Shown here: positions 26,263 through 35,762 of the stretch, piece after piece | How positions within the stretch are numbered: position 1 is the stretch's first letter | Layout of the letters: every line of letters begins with the position of its first letter | NCBI GenBank assembly: GCA_964519555.1 | Contig: CAZFJE010000001.1 | Location: forward strand, 3,654-67,653 | Origin: an uncultured Thermoleophilia bacterium | GTDB lineage: Bacteria > Actinomycetota > Thermoleophilia > UBA2241 | Direction of reading: 5' to 3' | DNA: 64,000 nt | Notes under the pieces: generated by a model | Databases searched by the model: none | Told to the model about the DNA's origin: nothing | The model's input: the letters and a program-made list of their open reading frames with translations, nothing else | Program-made: the position numbers and the translations under genes

Positions 26263-27870
26263 TCAGTTCTCGATGGTGACGATGGTGCCGATCGGCGTGT
26301 ACGGCCAGACCTTGGCGGCGGCGGCCAGCGGCAGCTCCACGCAACCGAGGCTCTGCGGCGTGCCGAACGACGCGCGGTTGAAGGAATGCAGCGCGTCGCC
26401 GCCGTTGAAGTAGCTGATCCAGCGTATGCCGGGGTCGTTGTAGTGGGAGCCATCGGGGTTGGTGCCGCTCATGGTGCCCACCGCGATGTGTTCGAACACC
26501 GGGAAGCTGCCGAGCTGCGTGGGGGCCGCCGGCACGCCGGTATTGCCCGGCGAGCGCAGGATAACGTGCCCGTTGTGCCAGAGGTTGAGCGACTGTGGCA
26601 GGGTGCGGTGCACGAAGACGTAGTTGTAGCCGGTCGTGCGACGGCGGCCGGCGAGCGTGTCGGAGATCAGCGCCTGCCAGACCCTGGGCCCGGCGAAGCC
26701 GTCGACGGTCATCTGGTGCGCGTCTTCGAACATCATGACGGCGCCGCGGGTGATGGTGTTGGCGCGCCCGACCGACCACAGCTCGCGCAGCTCGGTGGGG
26801 CTGTTGGCAAAGCGCCAGGTGAAACGCCCGGCGGGCGGTGAGACGGCGGCTTCGAGCTGACTCGAGAGCGACTTCGGCGCGGCGCCGGCGGTCTGCTGCC
26901 AGTCGAGCGGCAGGTAGCCCAGCCCGGCAAGCAGTTGCTGCAGGCGCAGGAGCGAGCCCTGGGGGACGCTCCAGTGCAGGCTGCGCGTGAGCGTGGCGCC
27001 CGCCTGCCCGGCGACGTGCACGCCGACGGGCAGGTCGACACGCACGTCGCCGCCGAGTCCGAACCCCAGGCCGCTCGGCTGAAAGGCCAGCGTGTGGGCG
27101 TCGAGCACCCGCCAGCGGCCGGTGGTAGCCGGCGTGAGTCGCGGCCGCGCCGCACCGAAGACGGTGGTGACCGGCTCTGAGAAGGTGAGAGTGAGGCGAC
27201 CGGCCGGCGCCAGCTTGGCCGAAGGCGCCGGTTCGACGAGCAACTGGGCGTAGGGCCGAGCCGGGAACCAGCTCACCTTGATCGGAGCAGGCAGGCGCTC
27301 CCAGGAACGCGCGGCGGCGGCGACGTCGACGGCGCCGGCGCCCGACGCGCCGCTGGCGACCACGCCGATCGGCACGACCCTCTGCGGCACGGCCAGCCGC
27401 CGGGCGGCCGACCCCCGCAGCGCCACCAGGGTGACGGGAGCGTCGAAGGCCACCGTCACCGGCGACCCCGTCGTGACCTGAAGCCAGCGGCCGACCAGAT
27501 GGGCCGTGGGCGTGGCGACCGAGAACGTGCGCCGTTCGAGGTGGCCGACGAGCCAGCCCGACCAGCCCGGCCGACGCACGGTGACCTGGACGATCAGGGG
27601 ACGACCGGCGGCGACCTGGCGCAACGGCCAGATCTGCCCGTGGGAGAGACGCAGCGGCACGTCGCCCTCGCCCGGCGCGCTCGCCCGCACGGCGACGACC
27701 CGGCCGGCGAAGCCGGGCAGGGTCACACGCGCCAGAGCCTGAGCGGCGGGACGTACGTGGACCTTGGGCCAGAAGACGATGGCCACCCCGGCCAGGACGC
27801 CGAGAACGACCACGACCACCACGGCGGTCACGACCAACACGCGCGCTTTCGTCAAACCGGCCTCCGGCAC
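26263..27870 (-). CDS. L,D-transpeptidase (YkuD domain) with an N-terminal TM anchor and Ig-like domains
   Basis: The anchor is VLVVTAVVVVVVLGVLAGVAIVFW. The C-terminal catalytic region has FNGGDALHSFNRASFGTPQSLGCVELP (His and Cys of the YkuD motif). Confidence 0.85.
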   Translation of the reverse strand: MPEAGLTKARVLVVTAVVVVVVLGVLAGVAIVFWPKVHVRPAAQALARVTLPGFAGRVVAVRASAPGEGDVPLRLSHGQIWPLRQVAAGRPLIVQVTVRRPGWSGWLVGHLERRTFSVATPTAHLVGRWLQVTTGSPVTVAFDAPVTLVALRGSAARRLAVPQRVVPIGVVASGASGAGAVDVAAAARSWERLPAPIKVSWFPARPYAQLLVEPAPSAKLAPAGRLTLTFSEPVTTVFGAARPRLTPATTGRWRVLDAHTLAFQPSGLGFGLGGDVRVDLPVGVHVAGQAGATLTRSLHWSVPQGSLLRLQQLLAGLGYLPLDWQQTAGAAPKSLSSQLEAAVSPPAGRFTWRFANSPTELRELWSVGRANTITRGAVMMFEDAHQMTVDGFAGPRVWQALISDTLAGRRRTTGYNYVFVHRTLPQSLNLWHNGHVILRSPGNTGVPAAPTQLGSFPVFEHIAVGTMSGTNPDGSHYNDPGIRWISYFNGGDALHSFNRASFGTPQSLGCVELPLAAAAKVWPYTPIGTIVTIEN

Positions 27871-28305
27871 GCACTCGTCGAGCGGCGTGCGATCGTGCTG
27901 TTCACAAGGATCTCAGTCGCGCCGTACGCCGCTTGCCGTTGCCGGGCGACGTGCGCCGCGTGGCCCCATGACGTCGTGGCCCGTTGCGTTCGTCGCAAGG
28001 CTGACCACAACGCCATTGTACCCTCGCGCGCAAGACCGTCGCTGCTGCTGCCGCCGCCCTGGGCGCGTCGTGGGTGCAGCTCCTTCGGGCCGATGCCGCA
28101 GCCAGCGCAGGTCGGCAAGGCTGCCGACGTCGATCGGCACGGCAAGGCAGAGCTCGTTTCCGGTTGCAGCCTGCACCGACGACCGCAGGCCCCACGGTCT
28201 GTCGATTTCGTCGATGCTTCCCCGTCGCGGCGAGTCGCGAACCTCGAAGCGGCCGCGCGGCCACGCGCCGCGGTCTCCGCGCCAGAGCCGCTCTGACGCG
28301 CCGCT

Positions 28306-29835
28306 TCATGCGATCGGCAGACGCACGGTGAAGAGGGCGCCGCCGCCCGGCGCGGCGCCGGCGCTCACCTCGCCGCCGTGAGCCGTGACGATCGCCTTGA
28401 CGATGGCGAGGCCAAGGCCGGCGCCGCCGTGGGCGCGGGAGCGCGACGGATCGGCCCGGTAGAACCGTTCGAAGACCTGGGCGGCCGTGTCGGCGTCGAG
28501 TCCCGGGCCGTCGTCGGCCACCGCGATGGTGGCGACGCCGTCGCCGCCCGACAGCCCGATCGTCGTCGTAGTGCCGGCCGGCGTGTGGGTGCGCACGTTC
28601 ACGAGCAGGTTGTCGAGCACCTGGCGCAGGCGGTCGCGGTCGCCCGATGTCTCGACCGGCAGGGCGGCGTCAAGGCGCACCGGCCACTCCGCGCCGACGG
28701 TCTGCGCCGTCTGCACGGCCTCGGCGACGAGACCCACGAGCTCGACCGGCTCGCGCGCCAGGGGACGGCCTTCGTCGAGTCTGGCGAGCAGCAACAGGTC
28801 TTCGACGAGCGCCTTCATGCGGCCGCTCTCGTTGCTGATGCCGCGCATGACGCGGCCGAGGTCGGCCTGATTGTGGTCGGCGCCGCGCTCGAAGAGCTCG
28901 GCGTAGGCCGACACCGCGGCGAGCGGCGTGCGCAGCTCGTGTGAGGCGTCGGCGACGAAGTGGCGCATGCGCTCCTCAGAGGCGCGCAGCTCGCTTTCGG
29001 TGGCGTCGCGCTCCGCGAAGGCCGCCTGGATGCGCCCCAGCATCACGTTCAGCGCACGCGCCAGCCGCCCGACCTCGGTGTGGTCGTTCTCGCCGGCGAC
29101 GCGCTGGTCGGGCTCGCCGGCAGCGATCGCTTCGGCCGACTGCTCCATGGCGCGCAGCGGCCGCAGCCCCACGCGCACGAGCCACCAACCGAGCAGACCG
29201 GCGGCCAGCAGCGCGGCGATCGTGACCGCCAGCTCGACGGCCAGCAGGCGGTGCAGCGTGCCGACCGTGTCGCCGAGCGGCGCGGCGACGATGAGCTGCC
29301 GACCGCCGGCGACGGTGGCAGCCCGCACGCGAAACTGCGGGCCGCCCGCCTGCCTGGAGCTCACCGTGAAGTACACCGGCGCCCCGCTGCCCCTGCCCAG
29401 GCCGGCGATGTGCGCCGGCAACCGCGGCGTGTAGCTCCTGCCGCCCGGAGCGATCGCGGGCTGGCCGATGGCCGGCACCACGGCGCCGGCCGCCGTGCGC
29501 TCCTGCACGAACGTGCCGGGCGCGAGGCGCGCCAGCGAGCCCGACGGAGCCTGGCCGGGGGGCGTCGCGCCGGTCGCGGCGGTCGCGCCGGTCGCGCCGC
29601 TTGCCCGCGTGGTCGCCGCACTGCCCGTAGAGCGCGGCGTTGCGCCGGCACCGAGGGGCAGGGCCGGACGCGCGCGCAGCAGGGGGGTGACCGAGAAATA
29701 GGTCGTGTCGAGCGTCTGGTCGACACGCGTGAACAGAAACGAGCGCAGCAGCGAGTAGGTCGTCACGTCGGCCGCGACCAGCGCCACGAGGGCGACGGCG
29801 CCGACGGCGAGCAGCAGACGACCGCGCAGCGACAA
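28306..29835 (-). CDS. Sensor histidine kinase (TM, HAMP, HisKA, HATPase_c)
   Basis: The H-box is FVADASHELRTPLAAVSAYAELF, and the G-boxes are DDGPGLD and GGAGLGLAIV. I set the start at TTG 29835, 12 nt after the response regulator stop. The listed ORF start overlaps the regulator gene. Confidence 0.85.
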   Translation of the reverse strand: MSLRGRLLLAVGAVALVALVAADVTTYSLLRSFLFTRVDQTLDTTYFSVTPLLRARPALPLGAGATPRSTGSAATTRASGATGATAATGATPPGQAPSGSLARLAPGTFVQERTAAGAVVPAIGQPAIAPGGRSYTPRLPAHIAGLGRGSGAPVYFTVSSRQAGGPQFRVRAATVAGGRQLIVAAPLGDTVGTLHRLLAVELAVTIAALLAAGLLGWWLVRVGLRPLRAMEQSAEAIAAGEPDQRVAGENDHTEVGRLARALNVMLGRIQAAFAERDATESELRASEERMRHFVADASHELRTPLAAVSAYAELFERGADHNQADLGRVMRGISNESGRMKALVEDLLLLARLDEGRPLAREPVELVGLVAEAVQTAQTVGAEWPVRLDAALPVETSGDRDRLRQVLDNLLVNVRTHTPAGTTTTIGLSGGDGVATIAVADDGPGLDADTAAQVFERFYRADPSRSRAHGGAGLGLAIVKAIVTAHGGEVSAGAAPGGGALFTVRLPIA

Positions 29836-29846
29836 CGCGTTCGCCC

Positions 29847-30548
29847 CTACGCCGTGGCGTCGCGCAAGATGTACCCGACCCGGCAGATCGTGTGGATCAG
29901 GGGCGGGCCGTGCCGGTCGAGCTTCTTGCGCAGGTAGCCCACGTAGGTCTCGACCACGTTCGCGTTGCCTTGGAAATCGTAGTGCCAGACGTGGTCCAGG
30001 ATCTGCATCTTCGAGACCACGTGGCGCGGGTTCGACAGAAAGAAACGCAGCAGGCTGTACTCGGTGGCCGTCAGCGCGATCGGCACGCCGGCGCGGCGCA
30101 CCTCGTGGATGCTCTCGTCCATCTCGAGATCGGCGAAGCACAGCGGCTGGTCGCCCGCGGCCTCACCGGCCGTGCGCCGCAAGATGGCGTGGACGCGCGC
30201 CACGAGCTCGGCCAGGGCGAACGGCTTGGTGACGTAATCGTCGGCTCCGACCGACAACCCGGCGAGCCTGTCCCTGATGGCGTCGCGAGCGGTGAGAAAG
30301 AGCACGGGGGCCTCGACGCCGCGCGCCCGCAGGCGCCGCGTAACTTCGAGGCCGTCGAAGTCGGGCAGCATGATGTCGAGCACGATCAGGTCGGGGGGCC
30401 GTTCCTGGACCGAGTCGAGCGCGCCGCGGCCCGTGGTCGCCTCGGCCACGTCGAACCCCTCGTAGCGCAGCGACGTGGCCACGGCGTCGACGATCGACGG
30501 CTCGTCGTCGACGACGAGGATCCTCCTGGACTGATCGTTCGAGTTCAC
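29847..30548 (-). CDS. OmpR-family response regulator
   Basis: The receiver has RILVVDDEPSI, DLIVLDIMLPDFDG and DDYVTKPF. The winged-helix output has TATEYSLLRFFLSNPRHVVSKMQILDHVW. Confidence 0.9.
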   Translation of the reverse strand: MNSNDQSRRILVVDDEPSIVDAVATSLRYEGFDVAEATTGRGALDSVQERPPDLIVLDIMLPDFDGLEVTRRLRARGVEAPVLFLTARDAIRDRLAGLSVGADDYVTKPFALAELVARVHAILRRTAGEAAGDQPLCFADLEMDESIHEVRRAGVPIALTATEYSLLRFFLSNPRHVVSKMQILDHVWHYDFQGNANVVETYVGYLRKKLDRHGPPLIHTICRVGYILRDATA

Positions 30549-30821
30549 GTTTCGACCACCTCCTGCTCGCCAGCATGGCGCCGTCGCCTGAACGCCGGCA
30601 GGGAATCAGCTGTGAGCAGGCTGTGAATCGTCCGCGCGTGCGTAGGGGGGTCGCGCCGAGTGTCTGCTGTGACCCTGCGGGTAGCTGTCTGAGAGTTCGG
30701 CCGCGCCCGATCGCGCCGCGCCGGACGCTCGCCGCGCCGGCCGGGGGCGTATGCTCTCCGAGGCAGACGAGCTCAGAGACCGTGACCCGCGCCGCCGCGC
30801 GGGGCGCCTGAAGGAGGCCGC

Positions 30822-31391
30822 ATGAAGAAGTCGATGGGAGCCAAGACCATGCTCTACCCCACGCCGGTGCTGGTCGTGGGCAGCTACAGCGACGCGGGAC
30901 GACCCAACGTGATGACGGCGGCCTGGGGCGGGATCGCCTGCTCCAAGCCGCCCTGCATCTCCGTCTCGCTGCGCGCCGCGACCGCCTCGCACGCCAACAT
31001 CGTGGCACGGCGCGCGTTCACCGTGAGCCTGCCGAGCCGCGCGCAGACCGCCGCGGCCGACTATTTCGGCCTGGTCTCCGGGCGCGACGTCGACAAATTC
31101 GCCGCCACCCGCCTCACGCCCGTGGCGAGCGAGCTGGTCGACGCGCCGTACGTGGGTGAGTTCCCCCTCGTGCTCGAGTGCGCTCTCGTACAGACCCACG
31201 AGCTCGGCCTGCACACCCAGTTCGTCGGCGAGGTCAAAGACGTGAAGGTCGACGAGAGCTGCCTCGACGCCGAGGGCCGGGTCGACGTGCGCCTGCTCGA
31301 CCCCATCGCCCTGGCGATCGAGGCGGGCGGCTACTTCGCGCTCGGCGAGCTCATCGGCCCGGCGTTCTCGATGGGCAAGCAGTTCAAGTAA
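30822..31391 (+). CDS. Flavin reductase-like (FMN-binding split barrel) protein
   Basis: LYPTPVLVVGSYSDAGRPNVMTAAWGGIACSKPPCISVSLR and FTVSLPS..ADYFGLVSGRDVDKF match the Flavin_Reduct family pattern. Confidence 0.8.
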   Translation: MKKSMGAKTMLYPTPVLVVGSYSDAGRPNVMTAAWGGIACSKPPCISVSLRAATASHANIVARRAFTVSLPSRAQTAAADYFGLVSGRDVDKFAATRLTPVASELVDAPYVGEFPLVLECALVQTHELGLHTQFVGEVKDVKVDESCLDAEGRVDVRLLDPIALAIEAGGYFALGELIGPAFSMGKQFK

Positions 31392-31475
31392 ACAGCGCCA
31401 CGGTTGTGAAAACGGCCGTCGTCGACTACCCTTCTCTCAAGGACCATGTGATCTGATTCACGGGAGCACCATCCG

Positions 31476-31766
31476 GTGGAAAAGAGGCTCGGTACGATCT
31501 CCATCATCGCGGCGCGGCACGACGCCCCGGTGACCGCCATCAATGAGCTCATCTCAGAGTTCGGCGATGAGATCATCGGACGGCTCGGACTCCCGTACCC
31601 GGAGCGTGGCGTGAACGTCATCACGCTGATCACCGACACCTCAGTCGAGCGCCTGAGCGCGCTCACCGGCAAGCTCGGCAAGCTCCCCGGCGTTCAGGTC
31701 AGGTCTCTCATGGCCAAGACCCCCGCGCAAGGAGCCGCCCCCTATGTTGCTGCATCCCACGAGTGA
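31476..31766 (+). CDS. TM1266-like small regulator (putative iron-only hydrogenase system regulator family)
   Basis: 96 aa. ISIIAARHDAPVTAINELISEFGDEIIGRLGLPYPERGVNVITLITDTSVERLSALTGKLGKLPGVQVRS resembles the TM1266/TIGR03959 family as I remember it. The start is GTG 31476, with GGGAG 9 nt upstream. Its 3' end overlaps the hydG start. Confidence 0.7.
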   Translation: MEKRLGTISIIAARHDAPVTAINELISEFGDEIIGRLGLPYPERGVNVITLITDTSVERLSALTGKLGKLPGVQVRSLMAKTPAQGAAPYVAASHE

Positions 31767-33153
31767 AGGCCTGACCGACTTCATCCCGGCCGCGCAGATC
31801 GAGGAGCTGCTGCAGGGCCCCCCGGCCCAGGCGCCCGAAGTCCGCGAGATCCTGGCCAAGTCGCTGTCGAAGCAACGCCTCGAGCTGCCCGAGATGGCCG
31901 CCCTGCTGTCGGTCACCGACCCCGCCCTGCAACAGGAGCTTTTCGACGCCGCGCGCCTGCTGAAAAGGACGGTCTACGGCAACCGCATCGTGCTCTTCGC
32001 GCCGCTCTACATAGGCAACAAGTGCACCAACTCGTGCGTGTACTGCGGATTTCGCGCGGACAACCGCGACATCGTGCGCCGCACCCTGACCGACGACGAG
32101 CTGCGCGCCGAGGTGCTGGCCCTCATCCGCGCCGGCCACAAGCGCATCGTGATCGACTACGGCGAGCACCCCGACTACGACGCCGACGTGATCGCCCACG
32201 CCGTCGAGGTCATCTACAGCGTGCGCGAGGGCAACGGCGAGATCCGCCGCATCAACGTGAACTGCATGCCCCTCGACGTCGAGGGCTACCGCAAGATGAA
32301 GAAGGCGGGTATCGGCACCTACCAGATCTTCCAGGAGAGCTACCACCGCCCGACCTACGCCGCCATGCACCCGCACGGCAACAAGTCGGACTTTCTCTGG
32401 CGCCTCTACGGTCAGGACCGCGCCATGGAGGGCGGCTGCGACGACGTCGGCCTGGGGGCGCTCTTCGGTCTCTACGACTGGCGCTTCGAGGCGCTCGGGC
32501 TGCTCGCCCACGCCATCCACCTCGAAGACACCTTCGGCGTCGGCCCGCACACCTTCTCATTCCCGCGCATCAAAGACGCCAGCAACCGGGCGCTCGACTC
32601 GGCCTACACCGTGAGCGACGACGACTTCGCCCGCCTGATCGCCATCCTGCGCCTCTCGGTGCCCTACACCGGCATGATCCTGACCGCCCGCGAGCCGGCC
32701 GCGCTGCGCCGCCGGCTGCTCGACTTCGGCTGTTCGCAGATCGACGGCGGCTCGCACATCGAGCTCGGCGGCTACAGCGAGGCCGCCGAGGAGCAGGACC
32801 TGAAGAAGGAGCAGTTCCGCCTGAGCGACAACCGACCGCTCGACGAGATCGTCGGCGAGCTGCTCGACATGGACGAGATCCCCTCGTGGTGCACCGCCTG
32901 CTACCGCAAGGGCCGCACCGGGGAACACTTCATGGAGTTCGCCATCCCGGGATTCATCAAGCGCTTCTGCACGCCGAACGCGCTGCTCACGCTGAAGGAG
33001 TACATCAGCGACTACGGCTCGCCCGACGTGCGGCGCAAGGCCGCCGAGCTGATCGACGCCGAGCTTGCCAAGCTGCCCGACGACGATGCCAAGACCGAGC
33101 TTCTGGCGCGTCTGGCCGCTATCGACCAGGGGCAGCGCGACCTGGCCTTCTGA
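31744..33153 (+). CDS. hydG: [FeFe]-hydrogenase maturase HydG (radical SAM tyrosine lyase)
   Basis: The rSAM motif is NKCTNSCVYCGF (CX3CX2C). The C-terminal CTACYRKGRTGEHFMEFAIPGFIKRFC is the CX2CX22C motif that separates HydG from ThiH. Length is 469 aa. AAGGAG lies 9 nt upstream of ATG 31744. Confidence 0.9.
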   Translation: MLLHPTSEGLTDFIPAAQIEELLQGPPAQAPEVREILAKSLSKQRLELPEMAALLSVTDPALQQELFDAARLLKRTVYGNRIVLFAPLYIGNKCTNSCVYCGFRADNRDIVRRTLTDDELRAEVLALIRAGHKRIVIDYGEHPDYDADVIAHAVEVIYSVREGNGEIRRINVNCMPLDVEGYRKMKKAGIGTYQIFQESYHRPTYAAMHPHGNKSDFLWRLYGQDRAMEGGCDDVGLGALFGLYDWRFEALGLLAHAIHLEDTFGVGPHTFSFPRIKDASNRALDSAYTVSDDDFARLIAILRLSVPYTGMILTAREPAALRRRLLDFGCSQIDGGSHIELGGYSEAAEEQDLKKEQFRLSDNRPLDEIVGELLDMDEIPSWCTACYRKGRTGEHFMEFAIPGFIKRFCTPNALLTLKEYISDYGSPDVRRKAAELIDAELAKLPDDDAKTELLARLAAIDQGQRDLAF

Positions 33154-33288
33154 AGATCGCGCGGTCGTGGGTCGCCGGGCTGGCGCCGCGACGTCAGGTG
33201 TGATTGCATCGGCTCTTGCCTTCTCCCGAGGGCGCTTCAGCCGACGCCATAGCGGACGCGCGACCAAAGGGCCGAGCGACATGCAGCA

Positions 33289-34347
33289 GTGACAGACCAG
33301 ACGCCATATCGCAGCGACAGGCCGCAGTTGCGGCGCAAGCAGCGCCGGCGGCGGCGCCTCGCGGTCGTCGCGCTGGCGCTGGTGGTCGTGCTGGTGGTGG
33401 GCGGCGCGGCGGGCGCCGCCTGGCTGCTGCACACGGGCCCCGAGGGCGGCCCCGTGTCGGTGACCATCCCGTCGGGGTCCAGCCTGACCGACGTGGCCGA
33501 CATCCTGGCCACCCAGGGGGTGGTGTCGCACGCCCTGGCCTTCGAGATCCGCGCCCGGCTCGACGGCCACGGCTCGCAGCTCAAGGCCGGCGCCTACGCG
33601 CTGCGCGTGAACGAGCCCTACGGCGCCCTGGTCGCGGCGCTCATCGCCGGCGTGAAGCAGCGCACCTACAAGGTCACGATCCCCGAGGGCTTCACCATCG
33701 CCCAGACGGCGGCGCGCCTGAGAGCCGTCATCCCGCACTTCCCGGCCGCCCAGTATGTCGCGCTCACGCGCCACTACCCGGGCAGCGTGCCGGTCGCCGG
33801 GTACAAGCGCGGCACTACCCTGCAGGGCCTCCTCTTCCCCGCCACCTACGACGTGCTGCCCAACGTGACGCCGCGCCAGTTCATAGGACTGCAGCTCGCC
33901 GCCTTCCAGGCGAACCTCGCTCAGGTCGACTTGAAACGCGCCGCCAAGGCGAACCTCACGCCCTACGACGTCGTCACGATCGCCTCTTTGATCGAGCGCG
34001 AAGCGCGCGCCCCCGGCGACCAGGCCAAGATCGCCGCGGTCATCTGGAACCGACTCAAGACGGGCATGAAGCTGCAGATCGACGCCACCGTGCTGTTCGC
34101 CCTTGGCCGCCACAAAGACGCGCTCACCTACGCCGACCTCAAGGTCGCTTCGCCCTACAACACCTACCTGCATTACGGGCTGCCGCCCACGCCGATCGAC
34201 AATCCTGGTCTGGCCACGCTCACCGCGGCGGCCACGCCGGTCCATGCGAACTACCTCTACTACGTGGGCCGCGCCGACGGCACCGGGCCGCTCTACTTCT
34301 CGAACACCTACAGCCAGTTCCTCAAAGACGGCGCGCGCTCCAAGTAA
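33289..34347 (+). CDS. mltG: Endolytic murein transglycosylase MltG (YceG family)
   Basis: It has an N-terminal TM anchor. Motifs are TIPEGFTIAQTAARL, ASLIEREARAPGDQAKIAAVIWNRL, LQIDATV and SPYNTYLHYGLPPTPIDNPG. Confidence 0.9.
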   Translation: MTDQTPYRSDRPQLRRKQRRRRRLAVVALALVVVLVVGGAAGAAWLLHTGPEGGPVSVTIPSGSSLTDVADILATQGVVSHALAFEIRARLDGHGSQLKAGAYALRVNEPYGALVAALIAGVKQRTYKVTIPEGFTIAQTAARLRAVIPHFPAAQYVALTRHYPGSVPVAGYKRGTTLQGLLFPATYDVLPNVTPRQFIGLQLAAFQANLAQVDLKRAAKANLTPYDVVTIASLIEREARAPGDQAKIAAVIWNRLKTGMKLQIDATVLFALGRHKDALTYADLKVASPYNTYLHYGLPPTPIDNPGLATLTAAATPVHANYLYYVGRADGTGPLYFSNTYSQFLKDGARSK

Positions 34348-34559
34348 GCGAGCACGCCCCCCAGCGACGCCTCGCTGGGACTCCACCCAGAAACTGCAGC
34401 CCGGCAGGCCTGCTGCCGATAGGAGTACTGCGGACTCCCGCCGCGCTTTGGCCTACGCCAGGGTCCGGAGAGGGCGACGCGAAGGGACTGACGCGCGCGA
34501 TCATGCCGCCGCTCGGAGCCGACGAGCGGCGAGCCGAGCGGCATCTGTGGAGGTACCGC

Positions 34560-35540
34560 ATGAAGGTAATCAAGAAGCTTCTGCCGATCGTCTTCGTCGT
34601 GGCGTTCACGCTCGTGCTCGTCTCGCAGGCGTTCGCCGCCACGCCCACGACCCAGGCCTTCGGCTGCCTCGGCAAGGTCACCGCCGTCGACCGGCAGGCA
34701 GGCACCGTGACCGTCACGGTCACGCGCGCCTCGACCGCCCTGCAAGGGTCTCTCGGCCAGAGTCTCACGCTGACGCTCACGAGCGACAGCTCGCTCTCCG
34801 CGATGTGGCACGGCGTGAGCGTGCCTGTCAAGCTCGCCGGCGTGCCCGTCGGTGACCTGCTTTCGGCCAGCGGACGCATCGACGCCACAGACCCTTCCGT
34901 CCTGGTCTACGCCGTGGGCAAGGCATCGGTGTGGCAGCCGAACCGGCACGCCGGGTTCGTCTGCCGGGGAACAGTCTCGTCGGTCGACCTCCAGGCCGAC
35001 ACGCTGGCCGTGCACGTGGCTGCCACATCGGTCGGCCTGCCCGAGTTCCGGGGTAAGACGGCGATCATCGACGTGCCCGCCGCAGCGGAGCTCTACGTGA
35101 TGCACGGCCGTCTGGCCGCCGCGACGACGATCGACCAGCTCACAGCCGGCGACATCGTCTACGCGACCGGGTCTATCGACCGCAGCGACGCCGCTGTGCC
35201 GGTGCTCACCGCCAGTCAGGTCCTCGCGACCCACGTGGCGCCGGCCTACCGATTGACATGGTTCTCGTGCGTCGGCACGATCGACGCCGTCGATGCTGAT
35301 GCCGGCACCGTCGCCGTGACCGTCGGACGCGCGACGCTCGCCTTGAACGGCAAGGTCGGCGGCGGGTTGACGCTCACGACGACCACACGGAGCGTCATCC
35401 GCACGCTGGTCGCCGGCGTGGTCACGACCGAGAACGTGACCGCCCTGTCGCCCGGTCAGTCGATCGTGGTGTTCGGCGCCGTCGACCGCGGCATACCCGA
35501 CGCACCCCTCTACGACATCGGTCAGGCCTTCGTCTGGTAG
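34560..35540 (+). CDS. Secreted protein made of three tandem ~100-aa Cys-headed beta-domain repeats (DUF5666-like)
   Basis: The signal peptide is MKVIKKLLPIVFVVAFTLVLVSQAFA. Repeats start at FGCLGKVTAVD (C36), FVCRGTVSSVD (C135) and FSCVGTIDAVD (C237). Each ends with a GD..(S/T/F)G..D motif. GGAGG lies upstream of ATG 34560. Confidence 0.8.
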   Translation: MKVIKKLLPIVFVVAFTLVLVSQAFAATPTTQAFGCLGKVTAVDRQAGTVTVTVTRASTALQGSLGQSLTLTLTSDSSLSAMWHGVSVPVKLAGVPVGDLLSASGRIDATDPSVLVYAVGKASVWQPNRHAGFVCRGTVSSVDLQADTLAVHVAATSVGLPEFRGKTAIIDVPAAAELYVMHGRLAAATTIDQLTAGDIVYATGSIDRSDAAVPVLTASQVLATHVAPAYRLTWFSCVGTIDAVDADAGTVAVTVGRATLALNGKVGGGLTLTTTTRSVIRTLVAGVVTTENVTALSPGQSIVVFGAVDRGIPDAPLYDIGQAFVW

Positions 35541-35762
35541 CAGCCGCGTGCGTGCGCTTCCCGCGGCGCCCGCAGCGCCCGGTAGTCCGAGGCTTCTCGG
35601 AGCGCGGCCGGGCCGCCATACTCAAACGCAGGCGGCAGGCGTGTGTGCAGACGATGGCCACGACGCCCGAGCCGCGGCGCCTGTTCGGCGGCGATCCGGC
35701 CGTCGCCCGACCCCGAGCCCATAAGTCGAGTCCCCGCTAAAACGACGACGGTCGAGGCGACC

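Noticed and set aside
30822-33153. Calling the hydG neighbourhood a complete [FeFe]-hydrogenase maturation locus.
   Set aside because: No HydE, HydF or HydA signatures exist in the window. Only HydG and the small regulator are supported.
35643-35762. Upstream extensions of listed ORFs: 35643..37004 here, and similarly 39952..40200, 33204..34559, 15892..17583 and 18386..19570.
   Set aside because: The extensions are compositionally junk (Arg/Pro/Ala-rich) or overlap neighbouring genes. Internal starts with RBS-like sequences and sensible N-termini, such as signal peptides or first conserved motifs, were preferred.
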